From Amphiscolops sp. MND2022 (taxonomy: Eukaryota): DNA of 64,000 bases. Location of the stretch: assembly GCA_964187785.1 (NCBI GenBank), contig OZ076409.1, positions 22,694,001-22,758,000 of the forward strand, in the 5' to 3' direction. Position 1 is the stretch's first letter. The number at the start of each line of letters is the position of its first letter. The translations under genes and the position numbers were made by a program. Below the pieces are notes generated by a model. The model saw only the letters and a program-made list of their open reading frames with translations, did no database searches and was not told the origin of the DNA. Below are positions 11,146-23,100 of the stretch, one piece after another.

Positions 11146-14100
11146 GAAGGGCTTTCAATTACTATTTTGTACACGTAAAAAATTCTGTTTTTTTTAAAAA
11201 AAATTTATTCCTAGTTATTCGAGAGCTTCAAAAATTGAATAATGAATCTGGCAAAATCTGTTTCAGAAGTGAAGTACGTTTACTCTTTCTTTTATCTTCT
11301 CGGTCGCAGTTGAGTTTTCTTGAGAAAAATGCAGAGCTTTACCATCTCCAATGAGAAGATTTGCTCTCGCAAAAATTCACAGAAATAAATTTCATACCTG
11401 CAAGTCATTTCATATAGACTGACATAATGTGAATTCAATTTTTGCATAGCTGTAATTGTTATTGAAAAGCTCGCTCCTTTTCTGTAGGTGCCAGTCAGCC
11501 CCTTATCATTTCTTGTGGTGACACTTTTTGCAGACGATGCGTGCAGGACTTGACAGATAGCAACGGAGTCCTAGTATGTCCCTGTTGTGGCGAAATCAAC
11601 GACGAAGAGGTCGAATACAGCGTGAACAGATTGGCGCTCTCTCTTCTCACTAACAACAGTAACAACAACAACAGCTCATTGACAGGTGCCAACGTGAACA
11701 CCTCTAAATATTCTTCGTCCGAGTGCAGAAGTCGGCATACATCGGACAACACTTCGGTCAGTAAATACTGAGTAGGATTTAGAAACGTTTCAATTCAATA
11801 TTGAAAGAAAATGATTCTCATTCCGTTCTACAGCTATGTGAAGATTGTTTGAGGAGTGTTTTTATAAGAAAGTCTGATTGAAACAATTTTTGAAACAAGA
11901 GACACGGTGGCATTGCGATATTCTCGGATACAGTTACAAGAAGCTTTTTAAGAAAAATCGAACACTTTGGATAAACCGCATTTTCATTGTTATATACATG
12001 GAAACATCATTTTATAGTTCAGTTTGGATACAGAAGTTTGGAAACCGTTAATTCGAACCCGTCCATCTGGACCTTTCACGCTTCCGAAAAATTTTTTTAT
12101 AACAGAAAACGTCAAAAAATTATAATAGAAGAAAAGGCATGAAGCTATTGTATGGATCAGTTTTACGAATTTTTTTCTTGCGGTTGAAATTTATTTTTGT
12201 ATTCGAATTATACTAGCATACCTGTAGTAGATGCGTCAGACTTGTTTATAAGTTGTCATAAATACCAGCTTGAATGATAGCTTGAAATGCATCAGCATTA
12301 ATCATTTTGCTAGACAGCCTACATTGAAAACAGTTTAGAAAAAACACTAAATTCACATTCATCAAAACAATTTTCAATCCTCAATTCTTTTGTTATTACT
12401 CTGAGTCCATCGTTAACAATACCTGAAACATTCATCCAAAAATTGAAATTTTGGAAACTTCAAATGTATAAACTCTTGCAGGATTTTATCTGGATTTGTT
12501 TTACTTTTACATGCTGCTGAGATGTCACAACTTTACTGCCCATTTAACGCAGTATCACTTTAGTAGAGAGTGGTACAAAACATCCGATTTTAAATCGAGA
12601 CAAAACATCCAATTTTGAGAATGAGACTCAATAGCCCAATTAGAAAATCAGACAAAAGTCGATTATTTATTCATACTTCATTACCAATTCTTAAACAAAG
12701 CTAATTAGCTCAAATGGTAGATTACTAATACTAAAAACCACATCTCTGTTTTTCTGTTTAAAGTGTATTCAGATAATTTTATTTCAAAATTACACTGAAG
12801 GCTATTTTTACATTTTCATTTTTTTTCAAATTGACTGAATTGCCTTGCCCGGGTTTCCCGACCAGGCCGATCATAATCTGACCATATTATGGCACCATAG
12901 AAATCATACAAAGTTCCTTACTATGATCTTGCCATGATCGGCCTGGAATCATATATGGTCCAGAGTATGATCGGCCTGGAATCATATATGTTCCAGAGTA
13001 TGATCGGCCTGGAATCATATATGGTCCAGAGTATGGTCAGCCTGGAATCATAAATTTTTGTTCCAAACGTGTGTTGACGTGATATGCAACCCAAACAAAA
13101 GTTTTCAAATATTGAGAACAGCCAGCTTTATAGGCTAATGCAGCCACATTCGACCTTTTGTATCTGCGAACGATACATTGCAGGTCAGAACTCCGTTAAG
13201 CTCTAAGCGGAGTTAAAGACAAACTATAGTAACTCAATTTGTTCTCAGCCACTCCTTAGTTAACAACTAACTCTTTTGTTATAGCAGTACCCCAGTGTGA
13301 TTTTCGATTATTTCGAGAAAAATTACCAATAATTCAGCAAAAGCTGCCAAACGTTGATGATTGCTACCTTGTTTTCAATTTGGTGATTGTATTGGACCTT
13401 TGGTTGTGGAATATCGTGTAACTTCATCAATGTATGTTAATTGACTTCATTTTCCTAATTTTTTTATGGCTCCAGGCTGACCATACTCTGTGCCATAAAG
13501 ATTTATGGTTCAAGGCTGATCATAGACTGAACCATATATGGCCCAGAATATGGTCAGACTGGAACCATAAACTTTGCTTTTTAAATGGTTCCAGGCTGAT
13601 CATAGACTGGACCATATATGCATATTCTGGACATGTCCAGAATATGGTCAGCCTGGAACCATAAAACTTTATGGTCCAGAGTGTGATCAGCCTGGAATCA
13701 TACTGTGAGTATGATGGCAGAGCATGATTGACCTGTTTTTGTATGGGAGGGAAACCCGGGTGTATTCAAAACCGACTATTTTGTACTGTGTTAGAAATCT
13801 GCTTTTTTGTCTCGTTATTAATCGCCAATTTGTGCCGTTTTTAATCCTGAATCGGTGATTTTAAGAAGGAGACAAAACAGCCTATTTCTAAAACAGTACA
13901 AAATAGCTGATTTTGAATACAGGACAAATCAGTCAATTTGAAAAAAAACAAGCCGGGAACGGCCCAAGTCGGCGCCATATCTAAGGCTCAAAAATAGCTA
14001 AAAGACTTCAAAGTGTCAAGTACTCTCTTCTACAGTACCGGAACGAGGAAAAAAATCCATTTTTTTCGAATTTTTTCGAATTTTCCGGTAAGTCGCATAG

Positions 14101-17100
14101 TGCATCCATTCTGTTGCAAAAAAGAAAAAAAATCGAAGGGGACCCTTTGGAGACATTAAAAAAATTTGCTAAAAAAATCTCACAAAGTCGAAACAAGCCG
14201 GGAACGGCCCAAGTCGGCGCCATATCTAAGGCTCAAAAATAGTAAAAAGGACTTCAATGTGTCAAGCTTTCTCTTCTACAGTGCCCGCGTGAAGAAAAAA
14301 TTGACAAAAATTCCGAAATTTTTTTATCGAAATTTTTTTCAAAATTTTTTGGTCTCCTGTAAGTCGCATAGTGCCGAAAAAGGTAGAAGGGGGCCTTTGG
14401 GAGTTTTTGAAATCCAGTCTTTTGCAAAATAGGAAACAAATGAAGGGGGGACCCTTTGGAGACATTTAAAAATGTCTCACCAAGCCGAAACAAGCCGGGA
14501 ACGGCCCAAGTTGGCGCTATACCTAAGACTCAAAACTAGCAAAAGGACTTCAAAGTGTCAAGTATTCTTTTCTACAGTACCCGCATGAAGAAAAAATTGA
14601 AAAAAATTCCAATTTTTTTTGTCCCCGGGAAGTCGCATAGTGGCAAAAATTGTAATAGGGGACCTCAAAAAAGCTTATTTAACCTCTATCTCAAGTGCCA
14701 GTAGAAGTAGTGTGGCATTTATTGTTAGTTCAAGTCAGCTTATAAAGCTTATAAAATCTTTCACTTCGTTGGTCTAAAAACGGTACAAATTGGCTATTTT
14801 ATCCTGTTTTAGAAATAGGCTTTTTTGTCTCATTCCTAAAATCACCTATTCGTCCCGTTCAAAATTGGTTGTTTTGTCCTGCATCCCAGCAGTCACGTTG
14901 CAGACTGCATACTACCGTCATCCTCGACGTGCTATTTGAAAAACGTTAGTAATTCTTCAGATGAGTAGTTGAAAAGCCATCTACCGTAAAAACAGCGCGA
15001 TCGTGTCGTTAGCGGAGTGGGAATTTTTTTTAGATCGAGAATAATTTCCAATGAACTTGCAGTGTAGGAAACTGCAGTTTAATACTACCAAAAAATCTCC
15101 ACCAGTATTTCTTTGAATTATCTAGGTTTTTTGAACTTGCAGCATGTAAAAAGCCTGCCGCATTTAAAAAGTTACGGCTGTCTCGAGTAGAGCGATTAAA
15201 TCAGGATTTCGAAGGAGTTATCCCTAGGTTACAGGAATCACAAATCTTGCAAAATTCTTCCGAAATTCTTGCCAACTTTGCATTTCTTACAAGAATCTTA
15301 CAAGTTTGTACAAGAATCGCAAATTTTGCAAAGTTGTTACAATGTCGAACATTTCTTACAAGATTCTGATAATATTTTTGCAAAAATTGCATTTTTGCGT
15401 CAAAAATTCTTACAAAAGTTGCAATGTGTAATTTCGACTAAAAATTCGTTCAAGACGGTAACATTCGTTCAATTCTGTGTCTTTTTTGAATAACCTGTTT
15501 TAAAGGTCTGGTTTTAAAAGTCATCTCAAACAGGGTTACCTTAATGACCCGGGTAGCATTAAGGACGCTTTTCGGCACCGCGTTTCCTGAAGCCGCTTGT
15601 AGGTAGGATTTTGATTTATGGATTTTGGGTTAGATTAGAAGAAATTTTAGATGAAAATGGTCCAGATTTGGAAGATTGTCAAAATTTTTTAGATGGAAAT
15701 GGTCCAGATTTGAATGTATTTTTGAATGAACACTGTATTTTACTGGAATAACGTCTAAAATAACCGTAATTTGGTGGAGTGACCTCTAAAATTACTGTTT
15801 TTGTTGGGTAATGTCTAAAATCACTTCATTTTGGGAATAACGTCTAAAATCACTCTTTTTGCGGTATAACGTCTAAAATCACTGAATTTTGGTAGAATAA
15901 GAACCAAAAACGCTGTATTTTACTGGATTAACGTCTAAAATAACCGTATTTTGGTGGAGTGACCTCTAAAATTACTGTTTTTGTTGGGTAATGTCTAAAA
16001 TCACTTCATTTTGGGAATAACGTCTAAAATCACTCTTTTTGCAAAATAACGTCTAAAATCACTGAATTTTGGTAGAATAAGACCTAAAAACGCTGTATTT
16101 TACTGGATTAACGTCTAAAATAACCGTATTTTGGTGGAGTGACCTCTAAAAGTACTGTTTTTGTTGGGTAATGTCTAAAATCACTTCATTTTGGGAATAA
16201 CGTCTAAAATCACTCTTTTTGCGGAATAACGTCTAAAATCACTGAATTTTGGTAGAATAAGAACCAAAAACGCTGTATTTTACTGGATTAACGTCTAAAA
16301 TAACCGTATTTTGGTGGAGTGACCTCTAAAAGTACTGTTTTTGTTGGGTAATGTCTAAAATCACTTCATTTTGGGAATAACGTCTAAAATCACTCTTTTT
16401 GCGGAATAACGTCTAAAATCACTGAATTTTGGTAGAATAAGAACCAAAAACGCTTTATTTTACTGGATTAACGTCTAAAATAACCGTATTTTGGTGGAGT
16501 GACCTCTAAAATTACTGTTTTTGTTGGGTAATGTCTAAAATCTTGTGTTGGTTTCCACTAATCTTCAATTTGCGCCATAAATTTCAAGAAAAAATTGTTT
16601 GCCGAAGAAATGACGTCCTAATTTGATGGACCTCAAAACAGATCAAACATTCATCATAGGTTTTCTTTGAATTCCATCCATTTACAGGTGCTTTTCAATG
16701 GTTTTTACTCTTTGGTGGGCCTGTTGGTTTCCACTGTTCCCCAGTTTGCCCCATTGAACCCGAAAAAGATTTTTTTTCCTGAAAAAATGGCGTGTTTTTT
16801 ATGGAACTCAAAATAGATCAAACTTTCATTATAGTGCTTGCTTTTAATTCCATTTTTCTAAAGGAATTTTTCAATGAGTTTTGTTTTTTTTTGGTGGACC
16901 TGCTGGTTTCGACTGTTCCCCAGTTTGCCCCATAAGTTTCAAAAAAATTGTTTGCCGAAAAAATGACATGTTTTACTATGGATCTCAAAACAGATCAAAC
17001 TCTCATTTTAGTGTTGTCTTTGAGTTCCAGCTTTTTTAATGGTGCTTTTCATTAAGTTTGGATTTTGCGCCTCTGCTGCTTCCCAGTGTTCCTCAATTTG

Positions 17101-20100
17101 CCTCAACTAGCCCAAAAAGAACTGTTTGCCAAAAAAATACGTGTTTTTTGATGGACCTCAAAACGGATCAAACATACTTTACAGTGTTTCCTTTGAATTC
17201 CCCTTAAGGTGCCGTTTCAAACGGTTTGCTTCATGGTGGATCTGCTTGTTTCGACTGCTCAGTTTGCCTCGTGGAACCCAAGAAAGAATTGTTTTCCGAA
17301 GAAATGACGCGTTTTCTGGAAATTATTTCGACATCGACGTTTTTCTGACTCAAATTTTTTTTATTCAGCTACTTGTTTCATATGAAATATATTTAATTTT
17401 GATGTGGTTATGTAATTGAAGTTTTTCACAGCTGTTTTAGATCGTGATTTCAGAACTTGAGACTAGGGAATTTGAAGTGAAAAGATCTAAAATATCCTAA
17501 AATTCTTTCAAATTAAGGAATTCCTTCCTTTCTGAGAAGGGAGAGTTGTTCCTGTAGAACAGTTTAGCTTTATAATGGGCGTTTGTAACATTTATCGATC
17601 GTTTTTTTTCTGCTGTCGTTCGAAGTTTTTTGACGCACGAAATGCAATTTTGGTAAGAAATTTGTCAGATTTATGCATTTTTTGTAACATTCTGAGCAGA
17701 AAAATGCCATTCTTGTAAGAATTTTGCAAGAGTTGTGATTTTTGTAACCTAGGGATTCAATGACTCACTTTGATTTTCAAAAAAACTCCAAGAATTTGGA
17801 ATAACTCTCATTTTTAGTTTTTTCTAAATTTCACCTCGAGTAATGAACATGAGCTTCATTAAAGCAATGAATTAAAGTAGTCTGCTTTTTTAAATTCATA
17901 GCTGGTTCCTCTAATTGTTCTGAACAAAATTATTTTCTTCTTTGAGCTTTCGAAAATACATTTTTAAAATCAGAAAATCAATAGCAATTAGGTTTCATGG
18001 AGATAGTCCAACAAAATGGGCTCGACTATCAATGCGAGTACTTTTAACCATTTTGTGCAAATCAATTCGCTTTTGAAAATTCCGAGAACTTCTAAATAAT
18101 TAATGACATTATCAGTTGGGTTGTTCAACAATCGATTGTAATAAATTCATGTCACATGTTGTGAGCAGGCTTTCAAGAGGAATTGCTCTAGCTTATGATA
18201 GGAATCATTTCTCTTTCTAGCTCTAGCCAGAAGTGGCCCTTCCTATTGGCCCCTCCCATTAATGCAGAACTCAATATCTTCCCCGTCTACTAATCAAACT
18301 CCGCCCTCAACTTGTCTTTCAATCAATTCACATCTAGTTTGAAGAAACGCCCTCTTGGCTGGCGGCGGTTGAAAATATTCGATAAAAACTTTGCGTTCCT
18401 TCTCAACAAGAGGGTGTTTTGAAAGCTGGGTTCATTTGCGCTGCTTAATTTAATTAAAGAAACAAGATGTGGCATTAAGTTTTTTGTCAGTTTTTGTAAA
18501 ACATAAGGTGATGGAAAATAGCATTCATTCGAAAATGCCACAAAAGAAAACAAGCAGAAAAAAAATGAAAATCCTGATACATCTAACGGAAGGAAAATTT
18601 GAAGAACGTGTTGAGATACGATATACGAGAAAAATCAAATCTCTTGAAATAAGTGAAATAAGATTTCAGCATTCCGTAAAAGATATACGAAAGTAATGTT
18701 GAAATATTTTTCCTAGGAGGGTCCACCCTTGAAGTTTTTGATGTTTTGCGACAGAATGGATGGTGAAAAATCCCATCCCAAAGGGCTCCCCTTTCAGTTT
18801 TTTCGGAGTGTGAGACTTTAATTTTTTAACCAAAGGGTCCCCCTTCAATTTTTTCGATTTGTAACAGAATGGATAGAAAATCTCAAAGCGTCCCCCCTGG
18901 AGCGCTAATTCGGTTCAACGTTTGAATTTTTTGGGTGCTTTAGAAGAGAATATTCTGACACGTTTTTGAATACGGAGCTTATTTTTAGTCGGCGCTTCAT
19001 GAAGTGAAACGCGACTATTATAGTGACTTTTTTCAATTCACACGAACTGACTAAAAAAATAGTTCTTCAAAGTTCTACGAAATTTTATGGTGTCAAATTG
19101 AACGATTTGGCCTAGAAAAGATTTGGTTTTTCCTTTTTTTCCGCGCAAGATACAATACTAGGCCAGACTAAAGGGTCCGCCTTTAAATTTTTTTCGCCAT
19201 TGTGAGACTTTTCTTCGGGAAATATTTTTCCTAGGAGGGTCCACCCTTGAAGTTTTTGATGTTTTGCGACAGAATGGATGGTGAAAAATCCCATCCCAAA
19301 GGGCTCCCCTTTCAGTTTTTTCGGAGTGTGAGACTTTAATTTTTTAACCAAAGGGTCCCCCTTCAATTTTTTCGATTTGTAACAGAATGGATAGAAAATC
19401 TCAAAGCGTCCCCCCTGGAGCGCTAATTCGGTTCAACGTTTGAATTTTTTGGGTGCTTTAGAAGAGAATATTCTGACACGTTTTTGAATACGGAGCTTAT
19501 TTTTAGTCGGCGCTTCATGAAGTGAAAGGTGACTATTATAGTGACTTTTTTCAAATCCACACGAACTGACCAAATTAGTTCTACAAAGTACTACGAAACT
19601 TTATGGTGTCAAATTGAACAAGTTGGCCTAAGCAACTGAACCAAAAAAGTCTGATTTTTTCCCACGTAACATACAATACCGTCCGATATCCTTTCAGTTT
19701 TTTCGGCATTCTCACACTTTTTTCTATTTTTTAAAAAAAATACTTCAAAGGGTCCCCTCTCAACTTTTGTGATGTTTTGAGACAGAAATGTTGAAAAATC
19801 TCAAAGGGTACCCCTACTAGCGCCGGGTAAGGAAGAAAAAAAATTTGAAGAAAAATTGCCGAAAATTTTCCCGAAAATTTGTTTTGACAATTTTTACTTT
19901 TTTTGAGGTTTTCTCTAAGTCGAGTTTTGAGGGTAACCTCTTTGTTACTTTTTGATCCTGATTGTAGAAAAGACCTCGTTCCGTCTTTTTCGGCTCTTTG
20001 CGTCTTTCAGAAACGTTCATTCTGTCGGAGGGTACGATCACTCGCTTTTATATCAAAGTTCATCTTGAGGAAAAGTAGATATGCGAGATGAAACTTTTTT

Positions 20101-23100
20101 CGGCACTATAGGATTTTCCGAAAGAACTTTCAAAAATGAATTGTTGTGCTTCCTGTTCCAAAAAGAGCCTCAGGCGTATTTCTTGGTGTGGTTTTGGCAC
20201 TGAGACAATGATAAAAGCTTGCCGGTTGTTTGCCGGTAAAAGTTTACCGGTTGAAGAACTTCTAACGGGCGTCAACTTAGTTGTATTATTGTATTCCGAC
20301 TTGTTGTATTATTGCACATAACGTCACCAGAAGTGTCAAAACTGGAAATATTTGAAATGTTAGACAGCTTTGGGGTCAATTTGATGTCGTTTGTTAACAT
20401 AAAACTACAGATGTCTCTTCTGAAAAGCCTACTGGACACCGCGTTAAGTTGTTGTTGAATGTTTTTACCTTTTTAACCCACGAAAAAGCTCGAAACTTTC
20501 ACGAAATAACTGTAAAAAAACTCAAAATTTTTCTGGTTTTTTAAAGTCAATTTCAGGTTTTCTTTATGCGTGCAAGGTTGCAGAGACTATTTCATGTAGA
20601 AAGCGTATTTCAAACCCTCGTGAATATGGTTGGAGCTTATTGAATGTCAAATAACTCAGAAACAAAGTCGAAAACGAATTTTACGTTTTCAAGTAAAATT
20701 ATTCGAAGCTTGGGCAAATAAAGATGTCCGATATCTTTTCGAAACACTAGCTACTCGTTTCAAACTAGAGTCTATGGGTTTCTGATTGAAGAAAACGTTC
20801 GGAGAGGATCCAAAATTGGGTTTAAGTTGTCGCAATTTTAGAAAATTTTCAATTTTTGACACTTTTGTTTGACACTACTTCTTTCCCCTTTCTTCCCAAA
20901 TTGCGTTTTGGATACCCTTTGTTTCAACGTTCAGGTCAATGGAAGTTCTATTCTCTAAAATTTTCCTAGTCTGAACAAAATTTGAGATTAATTTGTCGTT
21001 CTTTTTTAGTCAGCGCTTCATGAAGTGAAACGCGACTATTATAGTGACTCTTTTTTTTCTATCCACACGAACTGACCAAAATAGTTCTACAAAAGTTCTA
21101 CAAAATATTATTGCATCAAAATGAACTATTTGGTCTAGCGAACTGAACCAAAAAGGTTTTTCCTGTTTTTCCGCGTAACATACCATACCGGGCGAGACCA
21201 AAGACCCTTTCATTTTTTTCGGCACTGCGAGACATTTTTTTCGGAATTTTTTTCTTCGGAATTTTTTTTCCTCAAAGGGTCCCCCCTGCATTTTTTTGAT
21301 GTTTTGCGACAGAATGGATGTTGAAAAATCCCAAAGGGTCCCCCCTTTCAGTTTTTTTTCGGCATTGTGAGATTTTTTCCCGAAAATGAAAATTTTTGTT
21401 TTATTCAATTTTTTCATGTTTTGCGACAGAATGGATGTTGAAAAACCTCAAAGGGCCCCCCCTTTCAGTTTTTCGGCATTGTGAGACGTTAGCGCGCCAG
21501 GGGCTCGCGGTAGCGAGCCCCGGCGCGCCACTCGGTCCATTTTTTTAGTATGTAATTTTTTCAAAAAAAAATTCGAAAAATTTTCGATTTTCGACTACTG
21601 TAAACGAATACTTGACACTTGGAAGTCTTTTTGCTATTTTTGAGCCTTGGATATGGCGCCGACTTGGGCCGGTCCCGGCTTGTTAAATCATATTTTGGAT
21701 TTTGGGGTGTTTTTGAGGCCACTTCCAGCAACAAGTTGCAATTGCAGTTATATCTTCCTAAACGCCTACTGGATACCGGGATTAGTCATTGCTGAGTTTT
21801 CAGGCCATCATATGAGAGATGTTTCAGCAGCTATTTTTAAAGCTTCATGGAGGTAGTCGTTCCAATGTCAATCCACGAAAACCTCATTTTAAAGTTTTAG
21901 ATGCTCGATGAGACATAATGAAAAATTAGAAAATCGAAAAGTATTTTCACTTTCATTGGTTGTTGTTGAAGAATTTCAATTTTCGTTGACTGCTTCTTTA
22001 ACGCTGCTTCCGTCGTTATTGGAAACTATATAATTCCCCGTTTCAGTTTTATTTAACCTTTAATGCCCTACTTTAAAAAACCATAACTTTTTTCAACTTC
22101 GCTAGTAGCCCATTTTCTTCAGCATTGTTCGTATTCAACAATTAGTTGGCACCAGATTGGGTTTGAACAGCACAAGGATTACTAAAATTGAATTGTTCTC
22201 CAAAGCTGAGAAATTTGGGGTTCTCCTGCAAAAAAGTTTGTACTTTTCCAAAACTCCCTTTTCGGCATTATCAAATTTTCTCAAAAGTCCTTGACCCATA
22301 AAGAAAGAAGCACCATACCCTTCCACAATAAGACCTTGTGCAAGAAAACCATATAATATGCTGTTGTTACTTCAAGCCCCAGCGCGTACCGGAGGTACCG
22401 GAAAAAAACCTAATTTCTGACGAATGGGCGGGCGTCGACAGGGGCTCACCTAACATAAATACCCAGTACCAGACCTACCAAACGCGCTTTAGTTCGATTG
22501 GTATGCGTAGTTGTGATATTAACAAACGCCCACGTCAATTAGGGTTAACAGTTTGGGAAAAATTTGGTTTTCCGCCAACTATCTTAGTTTTCTCAAAGCT
22601 ACTTCCGAACTCGTACTCGGGATAAAAGATTTTGTATGTTCCAAGCTATTTACTTGAATAATCTCGAACCCTTTATTTGTTACATATCATTTGAAGCAAA
22701 TCAATTCGGAAATTGTAAAAAAAAATGATATTTTAAAAGATTTTTTTGAAAGCGGGACTCAAAAGTATGTTTAGATAACGACTGCTTTTTCTGTGACGTG
22801 TCATGGCTTCCCAAAGTTTAATTGTTCCAGGATACTAGTGATACTGGGGTGTCACTGCGCCCTTTTTTACATATTGTTTTTACCTGCCATATGTATTGAC
22901 GCGGTCTAGAATAATATGAAAATCGTCATGCTCAGATTGACTGTAGTCACGATGAACCTTGCCAGTATTATGGAAAGAATCAGTATGATACCAAAGATTA
23001 GGATGAAGCAAGCAACTTTTCAAAAGATGTAGAACATTTCATGTTCTTTTTTTTCGCTCAATATTTCTCTTCATCTCAGCTTCATTATGTCAATGCAGGA

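Larger units (their letters stand above)
15222..17754. mobile_element. 2.5-kb non-autonomous CCC...GGG TIR element carrying satellite arrays
   Basis: 22-bp TIR CCCTAGGTTACA(G/A)(G/A)AATCACAA at both ends; AT on both flanks; TTGCAAGA-type subterminal repeats. Confidence 0.8.

Noticed and set aside
15731..16542. Regularly spaced ~30-bp repeats resembling a CRISPR array
   Set aside because: No unique spacers, the whole 180-bp unit repeats, the context is eukaryotic and no cas genes are present.
21010..21417. Lys/Phe-rich ORFs here and at 14166, 18666, 19112, 31900 and 42646
   Set aside because: Chance frames in HINE repeats with A/T runs; frames are not conserved between copies.
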